Shown one piece after another: positions 13,739 through 27,100 of a stretch of 64,000 nucleotides of DNA. Location: contig DF236975.1 in the NCBI GenBank assembly GCA_000708835.1, forward strand, positions 62,001-126,000. The letters are read 5' to 3'. The position numbers were made by a program, and so were the translations under genes. This DNA comes from Klebsormidium nitens. Taxonomy: Eukaryota; Plantae; Klebsormidiophyceae. The notes under the pieces were generated by a model, which was not told the DNA's origin, searched no databases, and saw nothing but the letters and a program-made list of their open reading frames with translations. Position 1 is the first letter of the stretch, and the number at the start of each line of letters is the position of its first letter.

Positions 13739-13812
13739 TTCAGGCGCTCAAAATGCCTTCCAGGCGCTCGAGATGTCTTCCAGGCGATCGAAATGTCCTC
13801 TAGGCGATCGGA
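13739..13812 (+). repeat. 20-bp minisatellite, about 3.5 units
   Basis: CAGGCGCTCAAAATGCCTTC / CAGGCGCTCGAGATGTCTTC / CAGGCGATCGAAATGTCCTC / TAGGCGATCGGA at 13741, 13761, 13781, 13801. Confidence 0.85.
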
Positions 13813-14442
13813 CGTAGGAGACGCTTGCTCGTTCCTTCACGGTGCAAACCTCAACAACGAACGTTCTGAAAAACGAGTACTCAAACTGCAGCAAGTTATG
13901 CCGAGAATCTGGCGGCTCAGAGGACTTGCGGCTATGGGTGGCTGCTATAAATTGCCACCCTTACTGGGCTCCTCCTTGCCGAGACTCCGAAAGTCTTGTT
14001 ACCTTGTCCAACCAGCGTGAAAGATAGAACCGAAGCTGGGGACACTTACAATAGCACAGGATCATCGTGCGGTGTTCATTAAACAGTCACGACAGGTGGC
14101 AAGAACAAGCACGTGGGCAGTCTACGTGCGAGCAATCATTTCTCCGGCCGCAGGGACCCCATATCTGCCGCAGAGGGCGCCTGCAGCAGATATGGGCCCA
14201 ACGCGCTTGCTTCTAAATGGTTTGCCGTTGCCAGCTGTCCAGCTTCGATGCTTTAGTTAGGGAGGAACAGAGGGCCATCAGATTTTCACCTATCTCGAAC
14301 CGATTTGAAACTGTAGGACGAGTAGAGAGCTTGACAGGAAGCACTATCAGATAAAGACCCTGAAATAACGACTTGATAGAAACCTTGAAGGGCGACGAAC
14401 GAGAAGGAGACTCGATGGACAAGGGAATAGATACAGGGCGCC

Positions 14443-14707
14443 TTGGCCTCAAACAGGAGGCGGAACGGGGCCGGACCGGAGCATTCCGTTCCGGAAAAAT
14501 GGCGGACGAACCGGGGCCTGACCCCAGGTTGGAGGCCGGTTCGGGGGAAAGAAGAACCGTTTCTTGCAGATTGGAGCGGTTTCCCACGAGCCGGTTCTTG
14601 TTCTGAGCAAAGCGGCCTCAAACCGAGGTCTGGCTCCGGTTTAACCGCCACGTTTTCGGAGCGGAATGCTCCGATTTGGCCCCGGTGCGGCTCGTGTTTG
14701 AAGCCAA
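14443..14707. repeat. Fold-back inverted repeat of about 265 nt
   Basis: 14445-14524 aligns without gaps to the reverse complement of 14626-14705 (62/80 identical by manual count). Pairing continues inward (TTGGAGGCCG/CGGCCTCAA; GAAAGAAGAACCG/CGGTTCTTGTTC), leaving a loop of about 25 nt. Confidence 0.8.
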
Positions 14708-17700
14708 AGCTTTAGTCCTCTCGCAACCAAACGCTCTGCTTAGATCGAAGTGCGAAGCGAAGGGTGCCCACAGTATGAGCTTCAAAAGCTAGAAGAGCTA
14801 CGACATAAAAAGCCAAAAACCATCGTATGAAGAGCGCGGATATAAGCAAACGGGGTGCGTGGCGGCGAAATTTCAACAGCTGTGCCGTCACTTGATTCTA
14901 CCTGCTATAGTCGCTCGAGATTAGCAAGAGGTGATCCACAGTTTAGGACTTGCAAACTCAGCAGACGAGACACTGAAGACAATGCGCACGTTTCGCGGCA
15001 TTCTTTTGAGGCAGCGGAACAGCCGCCGTAATCGGTTTATCGAGGCCTCTGTGAGGCTCACGTCGGCCAGTAGCTCGAAGCAGTCGTCATTCCTCCGGAG
15101 GTCGAGGAGAAAGAGGCCGCTCAAGGAGAGACGTCCTGCAGCGCTCCACTGAAGACTTCAGGGTAGGTGCAAGCAGAAGAGTAAACTTCCGAACGAGGTC
15201 GTCACCTTACGGTGGTACGAATCTTGAGCCCCGCATTATGATGCTTATTTGCATCTTGGATTGGCACTGGCACATCGATTGGCGCTTTCCTTGCATGCTG
15301 GGACTGCCCGGTTTCGGGAAACTTGCCATTGTGCTGAAAAGGCTTTGCATGATCGAGATTCTCCAATTATTGCTTTCACTCCCAAATGCAACTCCGAGGG
15401 GCACTCGCATCAAGCAACTTCAAAGACACCGTTACATTTTACAACGCTGTTTAGGAGTTGCAGACATAACGGATACACTACAGTTGGACTCCATTACCCG
15501 GCCACTAAAGTACGCGACTTTACGAGCCTAGTACCAAAAAGATAGACGCTGCCAAAGAAACACATACCTTTAAAATTGTCTCCTATCGTAGATCAAGCAT
15601 ACAGTGGCGCAGCTTGGTTCTGATAGTCATGAACGGATTGGATCTTATCAGGACTTCCCTTGACAAGATTGCCTGGCACTATTTAGGTCGAAATTTTCAT
15701 TGCCCTTCGTATTCCGCAGGCCCGAACATTAAAGCGGGCGTAATTAAGAAGGAAAGAGGTCAACAGGGCGTTCTCGCACAAGACCAAGTTACCTTTCTAA
15801 AGACCTGCGCAGAAAATTTGAACGTCGGGCGAACTGATCCTGGGAGGCTCCAAACGTGTTCTACACTGACGGCGTCGTCAGACGTGCACAGCATTCATTG
15901 CCACCGTGGTTCGACGTCAGCAATATTCTCACAGGAATCTTGCAACGGCCTAAAGTTGATCATCTAGGAACATGGAAATGGACAACCTAAAATGCGTACA
16001 TATGGTGATTCCGCTTGAAACGTACACTCAAGGCCCGCGACCGACTTCCGGCCGGACTCCGCTCCTTGAATCCTCAAAAAAACAAATGCATGACAAGTTT
16101 GCACCACAAGACAATACGAACACTGAGCATCTGAAGGACCAATCATCTACGAAGCCTACATATTCGGCACTTTACCTCCTCTGGAAAAGTCAGGGAATGA
16201 GCTGCGCAGCTTTCGGAGTCCTCAAATCAAGGACTTCCGGACATGAGACGAGGTAAAGTACCGTTGATGAGGGGAAGCTCAAAGTCGTTTTAGACTCATC
16301 GTTGTATTGAAGTCAAGGCCATCCTTTACGGCAGGGCATGCCAGGCAACGTTACCTATCTGCTCATCGCCAGCCGGTGCGCTGCGGCTCACAGTGCCATC
16401 CAGCCAAAACAAGTTTGCATCCTTATTGTGAACTGGTAGTTCTCTGGCGGGTGCACGAACCTCAAAACGACACTTATGCTCGAGGCGGCTCGTAGGTAAC
16501 CTCGGCTGACTGGCAGTGTTGCCAGCACATTCTAGTCACTGCCTGGCCTTTGGTTGTTGAAAAGTCTTACGACGAGCTCGGGACCAACAGAAAAAGCAGA
16601 AGACATCTTCCAGACTTCGTGAGCCCGAAACACAGCTCTGAGATGCCCGCAGCTAACAAGCAGAATTGAGCAGTCAGCATAAAGCCAGTGATAACTTAAT
16701 GCAAAACAAATTTCCTGTCCCAATGTCCTCAATGCCCGGACAAATCTTGTAAGCTGGCTTTCTGTAGACGAACCCGATGCGATCAGAATGCCACGACCTT
16801 CACTCTGAGCAAGTCAGCCCAGTTGCAGAAACATCATTCGCACTTCCGGTGTCTTTATTTCGCTTCCGAGCCTGTTACAGGATGCACAGCTCACGAAAAG
16901 AAGCCACCAGAAGCATCCTCTACAATATGCACTTGATTGATTGTAGTCTTTGTAATCATCTGTAAACAAGGTGATCTTTCTGATAGCTTGTTTTCAGAAC
17001 ATGAGTTGGCAGGTCATCTAACGCTTGCCTCGTCCGGCCTGGCCAGCTGCCAAAAGGCTTGCTAAGTTGCCAAAAACAGAAAATAATAATCAAAAAAACA
17101 AAACAAAACAAAACAAGAAAACAACATGAAGGGACCGTGAGCACATTGTGCGCATATGCGACACCTAACGGCGGAGACGGCATGAGTAGAACCTCCTTTC
17201 AATGGCCCGTGTGCATCAAACACTACCGTCACGTATCCCGTACATAGCAATCAAAAGTAAAATAAAAGATTCAATGAATGTAACAACAATACTGGGGAAA
17301 ATGCGTAAACCTCTGGTCGGGAGGTTACGCTGAGCCGTAGTGTTCGAAACCAGAGGGCTTGTCACCGAGGTGCCAGCATTCGGCCCGACTCACTTGAAGA
17401 AAGGAGTCGACCAGCTCAATCAAGTTACGAATCAAAGCTGAGCCTACGCTGCAGCGCGCGAGGACGGTTGCGCGATCCCTTTCATCGACCACAGCTCGTC
17501 ACTTAGGCTGAAACAGGCAGGCCGGAACAGCAAGCAGCTAGCACGCGCCCTACCTTCGCTGAAGCAGAGCGCATCATTTGGACAGACGGTCGGAGCTCGC
17601 CGGTGCCACGCTTGACCCTCTCAACGAGGACCATTGAGCGAAGGGCTCATCATAGTCTGTTCGGTCCGATCAGCAAAAGAGTGGAACAGCAAAATCAATG

Positions 17701-18152
17701 AAAGATTGAATCACGATTTTAGCTCCGAGACGGCTGCAGAGTTGAAGCACTCATAGCTGCACAAATGCTCAGTGAGTCCTGATCTTACGATTGCATTGCC
17801 CCAAAAACGAATCGCAAATGCACATCATCGTATGGACAGCCAGGCAGATCGGCGGGCTTTCACAAGAACTCCTCTGATAAGAAGTCAACCAAGTCGGGCT
17901 TCGTTGTCCGCAACCACTCAGAATTAAAGCTTCATCAGCGCCGTTTAACAGACCCCGTTCGCTCAGGTCGACAGACAGTCGCTAAACCCTCGCTGGCTTT
18001 CAAAGAAGCACTTTACAAGCTTGATCCAAAGTAACGTACCCAGCCACAGCTTTCTGGCGCCAACACTTTGCATAACAGTCTCGCTCTCTCTCGTACTCTA
18101 CTATACAGGACAATTCTAGGAACAATCTCACCACGACCCTCCTAGCCACCGA

Positions 18153-21100
18153 CTACGCAAACGGAGGCGGGTCGTCTTCATCCTCTTCTTCTTCGTCGCC
18201 CCCCGCCAGCCCCTCCGGTTCGTCTTCCATACTATTTGCCGCCTGTTCCCTCAGCACTAGCGCCTTTTCAGCTGCGGCAACCACTCCCGCCGCGCCACCT
18301 GTCACCGTTTCCCTGGTCACCCCCTCAAAGCCCAACACCGGCGCAGCGCTTTTCAGGGTTTGCGCGCCGGACCCCCCCTGACTAGTTGCGTTCTTCCGGC
18401 GCTGCGCTTGCAACCGTCTCTGTAGCGCATCGTCTATGTACTTATCCTGGTTCTGCACGGGTTTCAAAATCAGTGGACTCGCTGCCGGCACGGAACCGCC
18501 GTCGGGCGCCATTCCCAAATCATTCGACCTCGTCCCGTCAGATTCTGCCACGTGGAAAGCGAGGGGATCCCCCGCCTCGGCCCGCTGCTTCGCCTGTTGC
18601 GCTCTCAGGATCTCCCGTGCTGCACGCATGCCCTGCATCTGGACGCTCACGATCGTGCCACGTGGCTTGCTCTGATTCGCTGCCTTGGCGAGGCCCCTGC
18701 CGGCGCCTTGGAGGATGATGCGGGGCGCGGGGGACATGCCGGCGCGGCGCGCGTACGGGGGGCGCACCGGGGGCGTGACATATGCCTCGTTGTGCTTGGT
18801 TTGGCACTCGATGTGGTTCTTCCCTGGTACCTGCAAGAAGAGACAAGTCGGTCAGTAAAATCGGATAAACACGAAACGTAAGGCACTTAGCAAGCAGGCG
18901 CTATGAGATTGCCGACTACTTTCAATACCGGTTCGCTTGGGCGGTTGACACCGTGAGTTGGGACCATACACCTCTCTTGCAAATATGTGGGCGCATGATC
19001 ACTTAGGCTATCATGAGACTCGGAGAGCGTCCGGTTCACTGACTAAGATGTCAGGTGTCCATCTCCTCGAGGTCTTTCGGACGTCTTTATAGGATAAAGA
19101 GTGGCGGAAAGAGAAGAACCAGCAGACACCATCCTCGTGTCGGCCACACTCAACAAAGCTTTTGACTTCTGCTCGGATTTGTAACGTACAAAAGCATGGC
19201 AAAGAGCCCGCGAATGGTGAAGGATGTCCTGACAGCTTTCTGCTGGCTTACCGCAGCGGTCAACTTAAGGCCACGTAACCAGAAGTAGGCTCAAGGGGCA
19301 CATTAGGAACCAATCATCCCCACTTCGTCTTTCACGCTCCTTTGCGTGAAATTGAGCACGATAAAGGAAAAGAGACCCTGGCGAAACCTCTAATGGCAGC
19401 CTACGATTTTAAGGCATCATAGGAACACATTACATCACCCGTATGCAGTAGCTCAGAGCTACTAAAGGAGCTGCGGTGGCAGACTCGCCAGCGCCGTCCA
19501 ACTCATCAGTGCCAGGACAAAGCACCGTCCAAGGAGGCGGACCACACAAGCTAAAACTTTGGACAACCCTTCCAAACCTTTTCTCGAAACAAGCAGAGGA
19601 GAGCAGGGAGAAAACAGAGGATGGGAACTTCTGAGCTTATTATGGGCGCTCGTGGTGAATGGCATGGCAGCGGGTATTGTAATTTGTGAGTGTCCTTACT
19701 GAACAATAATGCAACGAGCCTAAACTTGAGATGCAACGAGCCTACACTTGAGAAGTCCATACCGTCTGAGCTGCAATTGCACTTTGTTGACAAGGAAAGA
19801 GCGGATCGCAAGTTACCAGTGAAACAAAGGTGCTCGCTTGATGATATTTGGAACACGCGAAAGGCAGTCTCGACCACAAGCTTTTTGAGCGGACGTCGGG
19901 ACCGCTGGTACTCCCAGTGACAAATCTGTCAGCAAACGGTGACTCGTCATCGTTCTCTTGCGCACATACTATTTAAGATTTCTGCTTAGCACCATAAGCA
20001 GAATACGAGTTGGCGTTGCCTTGGCAAAACCTACGGCGTCTCGGGCCTTCAAAGCACAAGCGGCTCAAGGAAGCAGAACTGGGACAGTAACCTCGAAGGG
20101 GATGGACAGTAGAAGGTTGTCCAGAATCGGCATGCACAAGTAGACTTTTTCAATCTGCTTACCCTTTGGTAGCAAGTAAACTGAATTCCGCAAACTGTGG
20201 TACATATGTCCATGTCGCAAGGAATGGACAGGACGACTCGACTGTCAGCAACGCGGTTGGCAGCATTGCCAGACACGATTGGCTCTTCATAATCGCCTTG
20301 AAATGACCAGGTGAAATAGCGAAACTTCGTAGCAGCGGTGTGAGTGACGGATACAAAGAACACAGCAGTCTATGATGAAAAGAGCACGACCCTGAACCAG
20401 AAAGTGCGCCCCGAATCCGAGACAACTTAATGCAACTTCAAAAACGACGATAGACCTCGTTGCATTACACGAGCAACAGTGTAATGCACCTGCGAGGGCC
20501 ACCTGACCAGCTGCTCCAACAAGCTGACTTCCTTTGAAGCATTCCCTGGAGGTTATTAACTCACGTGTTGTGGGAATGGTACGCAACTCTACCCGCGGCA
20601 ACATGCATGTTGAACTTTTGGACAAAACAAAGCATTGGGTAGATTTGAAGTGCAAGGGACTAATCATAAGGAGGCTGCCAATAGACGTGAGGTTCAGATG
20701 TCCCAAACAGAGCTCGTGTGTTGCAAGGACAGAGCGCTGCCAGATTTAGCCGCCATCAGTACAGGGACGTTCTTCTTTCATTTTTGAGGTACTTTGGCGC
20801 AACATTGCCGTGACCGCTCGTTAACAGACCGTGATGCAAACCTTATTTGCAACCCCAGTCTAAACATTTTGCAAGGTCACATCTATAGAAGTCTTGATAA
20901 TGTCATGCTTCGAAGGGTGCGCCTCAAAGATGCTCTAGGATGCTCATAGCCAACTGGCTCATCTTTTTGGCACCAGTGATAGCTATGTCATTTTCGCCGG
21001 GACTATCGTTGCTATCAATCCGATTGACACCCTGTCAGAGAAGTCCTTGCCCTAAAGAAGAGACAGGTGCTTTCGCAGGCAAAGTATCACGACAATAAAC

Positions 21101-24100
21101 TGTGCTGCAGTGAAGAAAGAACCCCAGAAATGCAGTAAGATGATCTGAAAGAGGCCTTCGACACCGCTGAATAACTACGTGTAAGCTGGCCACCAGGGAT
21201 CATAGCCACCTCACCAGAAGTTTCTGGACACTCTTTCAGAGAGCGTCGCTCTTGGTCGACCTAACTAATCGAGCCGTTCGAGAAATGATTTGATGCCTAT
21301 TTCGTGAAGAAAAAGGACTCCGATCGACCGCGACCATCGTTGAATATATGACATACTGCTTTCCCGCTCCCTTAAAGGTGTGAATAGTTCTAGGTCTATG
21401 TTTCGAATGTGATAATATGGGGCTACGTATTGAATGTATCCATGGATCCGCAAGAAAGCCGTACATTTGGTAGGCAATGCTTGCGGTCGGCTCAGGTCGC
21501 CGATCACGTGGCAATCCTGCCAGACCAATGTAACCCTTCACAGCCATTCGAAACGGATTTCGATGAGCAGATAGATCTGGTCCAAGGCATTGAGGATCGG
21601 TGTATCTGGAGCCCAGAGTATCAAATGAAAAGCGCCTAGCTAAGTTAATCCTCAAAGCTGCTTTAGCGCTTACAAGGAGAACGATTCACCAAACAAGGGA
21701 GGCTTTCGACGAGGCTCAGGCTGCCCGAAAGCGTAATTGACGACTGTGTCAATAGCCTGGGCCATCATTGCTTTCCTGGTCAGAGAAAAGACATGGAAAG
21801 GAACAGTGGTCGAGAGAAAAGACAAAGCTTCCTTGAGATCTGACAAAAGCATGATTGTCTGCAGCGAAACTGTGAGTATCTAGTATATTCCACAATTATA
21901 GCGAGATGGGTTGTGGAGACCTACAAGCTTGCTGCCTTTTACATCAAGACGCCCGTGATTCCTCTTGAATTGCGCATCGCCAGACTGCCACTGAGAAGCA
22001 GAGCAGAGCTTTGCTTCCACGTCTCGACGTCGAGCACTTTGTCAAACGGCTTCAAGAATAGAGGTCTGACTTACAACTTTGCACGTGTCCCGAGCGTTGA
22101 CTGGCAATGAGGCACGATAAAAGGGAAACGCTCTGCGACAAACCAGCGGCTCGGATGCGCAAGAGCCTAATTGGCCAGCTTGCCGTCTATGTTGGGCTGA
22201 TCGTTGCCACAAAAGAATGGGGTCGCCAACAGCCAAGCACGTCAAGCCTGGCGAATACACGCATCTGATTGTCACCCTCCGCAAACCCAAAGAAAGCCGA
22301 AACATTCCAAATAACCGAAACGGCCGTTTTGGGCGCCAGCTCGTTCGCGACTTTGCGCACGTAAAGAAGTGGGTCTGACGAGCAACAGTCAACTTCAGTT
22401 TGCCCATTCAGGTCTGAATGCCCGCCACTAACGGCTGATCAAGAACCTTCGAGGCAAGAAAAGTAAGGGTTGACTGATCAGCAGAGACTGATTGTTCCGG
22501 CTTCGCTTGCTTCTCAAACTTTCAATGGAACATTACGAAGTGTGGCCGTGTTGCAAGCTCAGCCAGAAGTACCACCTACAACGCTCTTCCTTTCGCAACT
22601 GGCGACGCACTATCTGGCACATTACTGCAGGATCGGCTCCGAATATGAGACAAATCTGAAGCGGCAGTCGGACAGAAAAGCAACTGCAATCTCAGAATGC
22701 CATGCAGATAGACGCATGAGTTGCCTTGAAAGCGAGCCCAGGCCACAAGGGCAACCAGCGCACCTTCAAGAGCGACCAGAAGGACATAGGACTTTCAGAT
22801 AAGCAACCGCACAATCCAAACTCCCTTCAACGAAACTTTGGTGAGACTTTTGTACCGACCTTTGCTTTGCAATTCTGGAGACCGTATTGAAAACCAAAGA
22901 GCTTTGGCCAGCACCAAAGGAATCACTGGGCGCAAGGCACATCATACAAGGAAGACAAATACAAATCTGGGAGGAATTCAATCGGCTCGGAGCGATACCA
23001 ACACAAGACTGGCCAGCTTGCCAGCCTGTTGGGGCTCATCTTTGCCGGCAAAAAGTACAATACACGAACGTCAGTGGCTAAGTAGGCTTCTGAGATGCCC
23101 AAGTTCCAATCTGAGCAGAAGCGAGAACACGGCGGCAGTATTTTCACCATAAGAGAGAGTTCGGAAATGAAGCAAGCCGTCTTATCAGCGGGGTGGCACG
23201 CCCGTTATGAGCTTCTGCAACAGCAGCTTTAAGAGCGACTCAGAGATGGGAAAGAAGTGGGTCTGACAAGGGAGTGTCAGCTTCATCCTGCTCGTCAAGG
23301 TCTCTATGCTTGCCATGAATCATTGAGGGGAGCACAATATGATTTTGGACAGTCGCGTCTTCAGTAGAAGGTGAAAGTTGGCGTCGGCACTTATATCAAT
23401 TGAGTACAAGCTTTTGATCGGTTGTTACGAAGTGTCCCCGTGTTTCAAGCTCAGCGGGCCAGAAACGCACCCACGGTGCGCTGTCTCTCGGCAACACGAT
23501 AATAAACACTTGGACAAATCTTTGCCGTAAGTCCATGCCGAGCTGAGAAGGGTCGAAAACGGCAATCAAACAGATAAGACACGCAGCCTCAATAAAAGAT
23601 GTAAACAAGCGCATTATGTTTTCTGAGGAATCAAAGGCACAACGACAGCCAGCGCAGCTTCGAGAGCAACCAAGTGCAGGCAGTATTTTCAGATAAGCAA
23701 TCGCTTCATCTTAGGGTCCCTCTCATCTTTTATCGCAAGGGACACATGTTTGGTGGATTTTTGCATCGCCCTTTGTCTTGCAACTCCTGATACCGCTATG
23801 AACCGAACTCCCTATTGAGACCTTTGCGCACGACCAAAGCAACCCCTGGCAGCATGGCACTTTCCCAAGCAATGTCGGAAATCAACCGGCTCGGAGCGAT
23901 GCAACGACGATTGGACAGCTTGCCAGACTTTTCAAGGCTCATCATTGCCAGCGGAAAGAGTACAGACGCCACTGGTTGAAGTAGATTCATGATGCAAGGT
24001 TTTCAGGTGTGAGCAGAACGGAAGGCAGCAACAGCGTTTAGCACAAGGACAAATACGAGCACGCAGCGAGAGTCCAACCAGTGTGGTGCAAGCTCGATAC

Positions 24101-27100
24101 GAGCCGTTGGGCACCAGGTTTTACGAACAAGTTAGAACAACGTTAGATTGTGGGCGTGACACAGAAGTGTCCGCTCCGGACCGCTCATAAAGGTCTGTCT
24201 GCTGGCCACTAATTGCTTATCAGGATAAGCGAGGGGGAGCGCATTACACTTGGAAGTGTGCGCCAAGACGGGTGACTGTTCGAGATCAGCGGTGTAAGCA
24301 TGCAAGAAGTCTTGAAAAGTTGCCGTAGTCTGAGCTCAGGGGGCCAAAAGCGCCACCCACGCCGCTCTGTTTCTCGGCCAACCGAGAAGTGACAGTCTGA
24401 TATATGTCCAAAGCAACTCCTCTTGACAACGGACGGGTCGAAAACGGGCAATGGACGAAGAAGCAACGCTGCTTCAGGATTCTCGTGCGTACAAACGGCG
24501 TTTGTTTCTTGTGATTTGGCTCAGACATCAGGCAATGGTCATGACATAATCGTCAAAAAGTCCGGGCTTCATGGCCGTCCTCCCCCGTGTTCTGCAGGCA
24601 GCGTAAGAGCTGTACTATACAATACTCAGTCGGACCAAAAGACACCGGATTGAGCAGACATCACCGGACATTCCCTGGACTGCTTCTGCAGCGCTTCTAC
24701 GTATCGTGGAGTGCAATCGTATCACCGCTTTGAATGTTACATCAGTCGAAAGCAGGTCGGCACTCGTGCGTACAGGTCGACATACAGAACGACAGGACGG
24801 ATTTGGAAACGAAGAGATCTGAAACTGGTAGGAGATCTCCATAAAATGAGAGCCCATGCAAATCTGTCACAAAGGTCGTGCCACCAGCCTGAATCACAAG
24901 GAGCCAATTCGCACCTACTTCGAAGATGGCACTTCACCTGCCGACATGACCCAAGCGCCCATTCTCACCTGCCTCGCTACCTTGTACCACAGCCCGTCCA
25001 CAGTCGGGTCGATCATCAGCAGCGCACTTTTTAGCGCCGCCACCTGGCTCGCAGTCCACCCGGTTGCATCCACCGGCTCGTCCTCAGTAGCGGTGTGAAC
25101 AGGCCCCGCACCGTCGGTGTGAACGAGTCCGGCAACACCAGTGGCCGAAGGCTCCGCAGCGATGGTGGGAATAGGCTCCACTCCTTTTGCAATTGCTGGT
25201 TGTGGGGTCCGACTCGGGACATTGTCAGTGGGAAGGGCCTCCAAACCGCTGGTGTGAACGGGCCCCTCCTTTTCCTTGTGACTGGGGCCTTTGCCGCTGA
25301 CGCCACCCACTTCCGCATCGACGGTGTGAACAAGCCCCGCCACAACTGTGCCCTCATTGCCCACGCCAACGTCTGCCACGTGTCCCTGCTGCTCTTCTAA
25401 CACGTGGCCTTGCCGAGCGTCTGCCACAGAGCCTTTTGGCGTCGTCCCCTCCTGTTCCGCACCTGACTCCGCCCTCGCTTCCTCTGGAATCGGCACGAGT
25501 GACGCTTCTTCCTCATGCTGTTCCCCAGTGCTCGGAGCCCCATCCTTTGCAGACACACTCGCAAAAGTGTTTTCCGCTGCCCCCATGCCAAGCTGTTCAG
25601 CCGCCTCATCTGCCCCCAAGTCACTCTCATTTGGTGCTTTCCCCTTCTCCCTTGCTTTCTCCTTCTCCACCGACCCCTTCTCGGTATCTTCCGCAGTCAA
25701 TCCCACCCCAAGCGCGGTCGCAGCTTCCTCGTCCAACTCAGCACCCGTTCCTTCCACAGGCGCTTCCACACCCGCTGCCTCATCTCCTCTCTCTTCTCCG
25801 GTTTCAAGTACTTCCTCCGCCGTTTCCTCCACGTTTACGCCGTTGCCGGGTTTCGCATCGCCGATTGGTTCCTCTCTCCCCTTCTCAGGGTCCTCAAACC
25901 CAGTGGTAACCGTTTGGTCTTTCCTCAGGGCATCGATAGCCTCAGATGGATTCGACCCATTCCTTGTACCGCTTTTTTCCTCCGTCCCCACTGCTTTCGC
26001 TTCATTCTCAACCGACGCTCCCCCTTCCGACGCTCCCCTTTCCAACTCGCCCTTCTTCCGCAGCCGCCTTCTAGGGTACCGCCCCTCTGTCGGTCCCGTA
26101 GCCTCTGCCCCGCTGATGACGCCACCCTCCTTGACCGTTCCCTTCTTGCTGACGTCATCGCCTTCCAGAGCGCTGTCTCCGTTTGGCCCCCTCTCATCCG
26201 CGCTCGATTTGCTCCTCGTTGCTTTCCTGCCGCCCCCCCTGACCGCCGTTTTCGACTTCGAGGAGCCGCTTTTTGCCTCGCTCCCCTTCTTGAGCTTCTT
26301 CCTCTTCGTCTCCGTGCTTTCGTCTTCCGCTGTTCCGCTCTTGTCCTCTACCAACAGTTCGTCGATCCGCCTTTCCTTCTTTTGTCGCCGGAGGTCCTCA
26401 ACCGGGCCCTGTAACTTTCCGTCCCGCTTGTTTACCCGCTTCAAATCATCACCCAAACCCGCAACAGGGCCCGCTTCTTTCCCACGCTTCAACCGACTCC
26501 CTCCTTCCCAAATCTTTTTCCCCGTATCCTCTTGAACGCTTCCTTGGCCTCTACTTCGCAACCGCCTGTCCACTCTGCCCCCATCCTTTGGGACATCCAC
26601 GCCAGACTTCTGCTCTTCGCTCTCGCCTCCTTTGCTCCCTCCAATATCAGTTGCGTGATTCTCAGGCCCCCCATTCTCCCTAGTTCCTCCAACCCCTTCT
26701 GCCGCCGGCCCTTCCGTTCCTTCCTCGTCCCTTTTATTCTGCCCACCTTCGTTCTCGGCTCCGTTTGCTCCTTCTTCGACCTCAGCTGTATCAGCCACGA
26801 AACCATCCCCCACAAAGTTGGCAGCACGGGGCCCCTTCTGCACCTTGTGCTGGCGGTTGAGCCGCCACAGCTGATCCGACGACTTACGACGGCCGGAAGG
26901 ATCGGACGGCTGCGAACCGCTGACAGATCCGGACGGCTTCGGACCGCCCACAGAACCAGAGAGCTCCGAAGCCTTGTTGTTTTCGCCTTTTGCGGCCCCT
27001 TTCCGCTTCTTCGACGGGTGACTCTCCTCTTTCCCGCTGCCGGACGGATCAGTCTTCGTTTCCCCCTTTTTTACTCTCTCCTGCGTTTTTGTTTCTTCTC

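Larger units (their letters stand above)
11330..14720 (+). pseudogene. Degenerate segmental duplication (about 11330-12400 vs about 13850-14720) carrying LRR-like coding relics
   Basis: Collinear matches: 11419-11460 LAALPPLMGSSLPRL vs 13940-13990 KLPPLLGSSLPRL; 11580-11720 vs 14100-14255 (TSTWAV; PACLLLKGLPL..LRCF vs PTRLLLNGLPL..LRCF); 11800-11835 vs 14322-14352; 12270-12362 vs 14625-14710. Stops and frameshifts occur throughout. Confidence 0.5.

Noticed and set aside
14921-15124. Exon-like minus-strand ORF (LLDLRRNDDCFELLADVSL...)
   Set aside because: It is isolated, with no partner exons or family assignment; possibly a pseudogene fragment.
17085-17125. (AAAAC)n and other microsatellites (34020-34075 TATTC-like; 53455-53480 CTA)
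   Set aside because: These are ordinary simple repeats with no functional indication.
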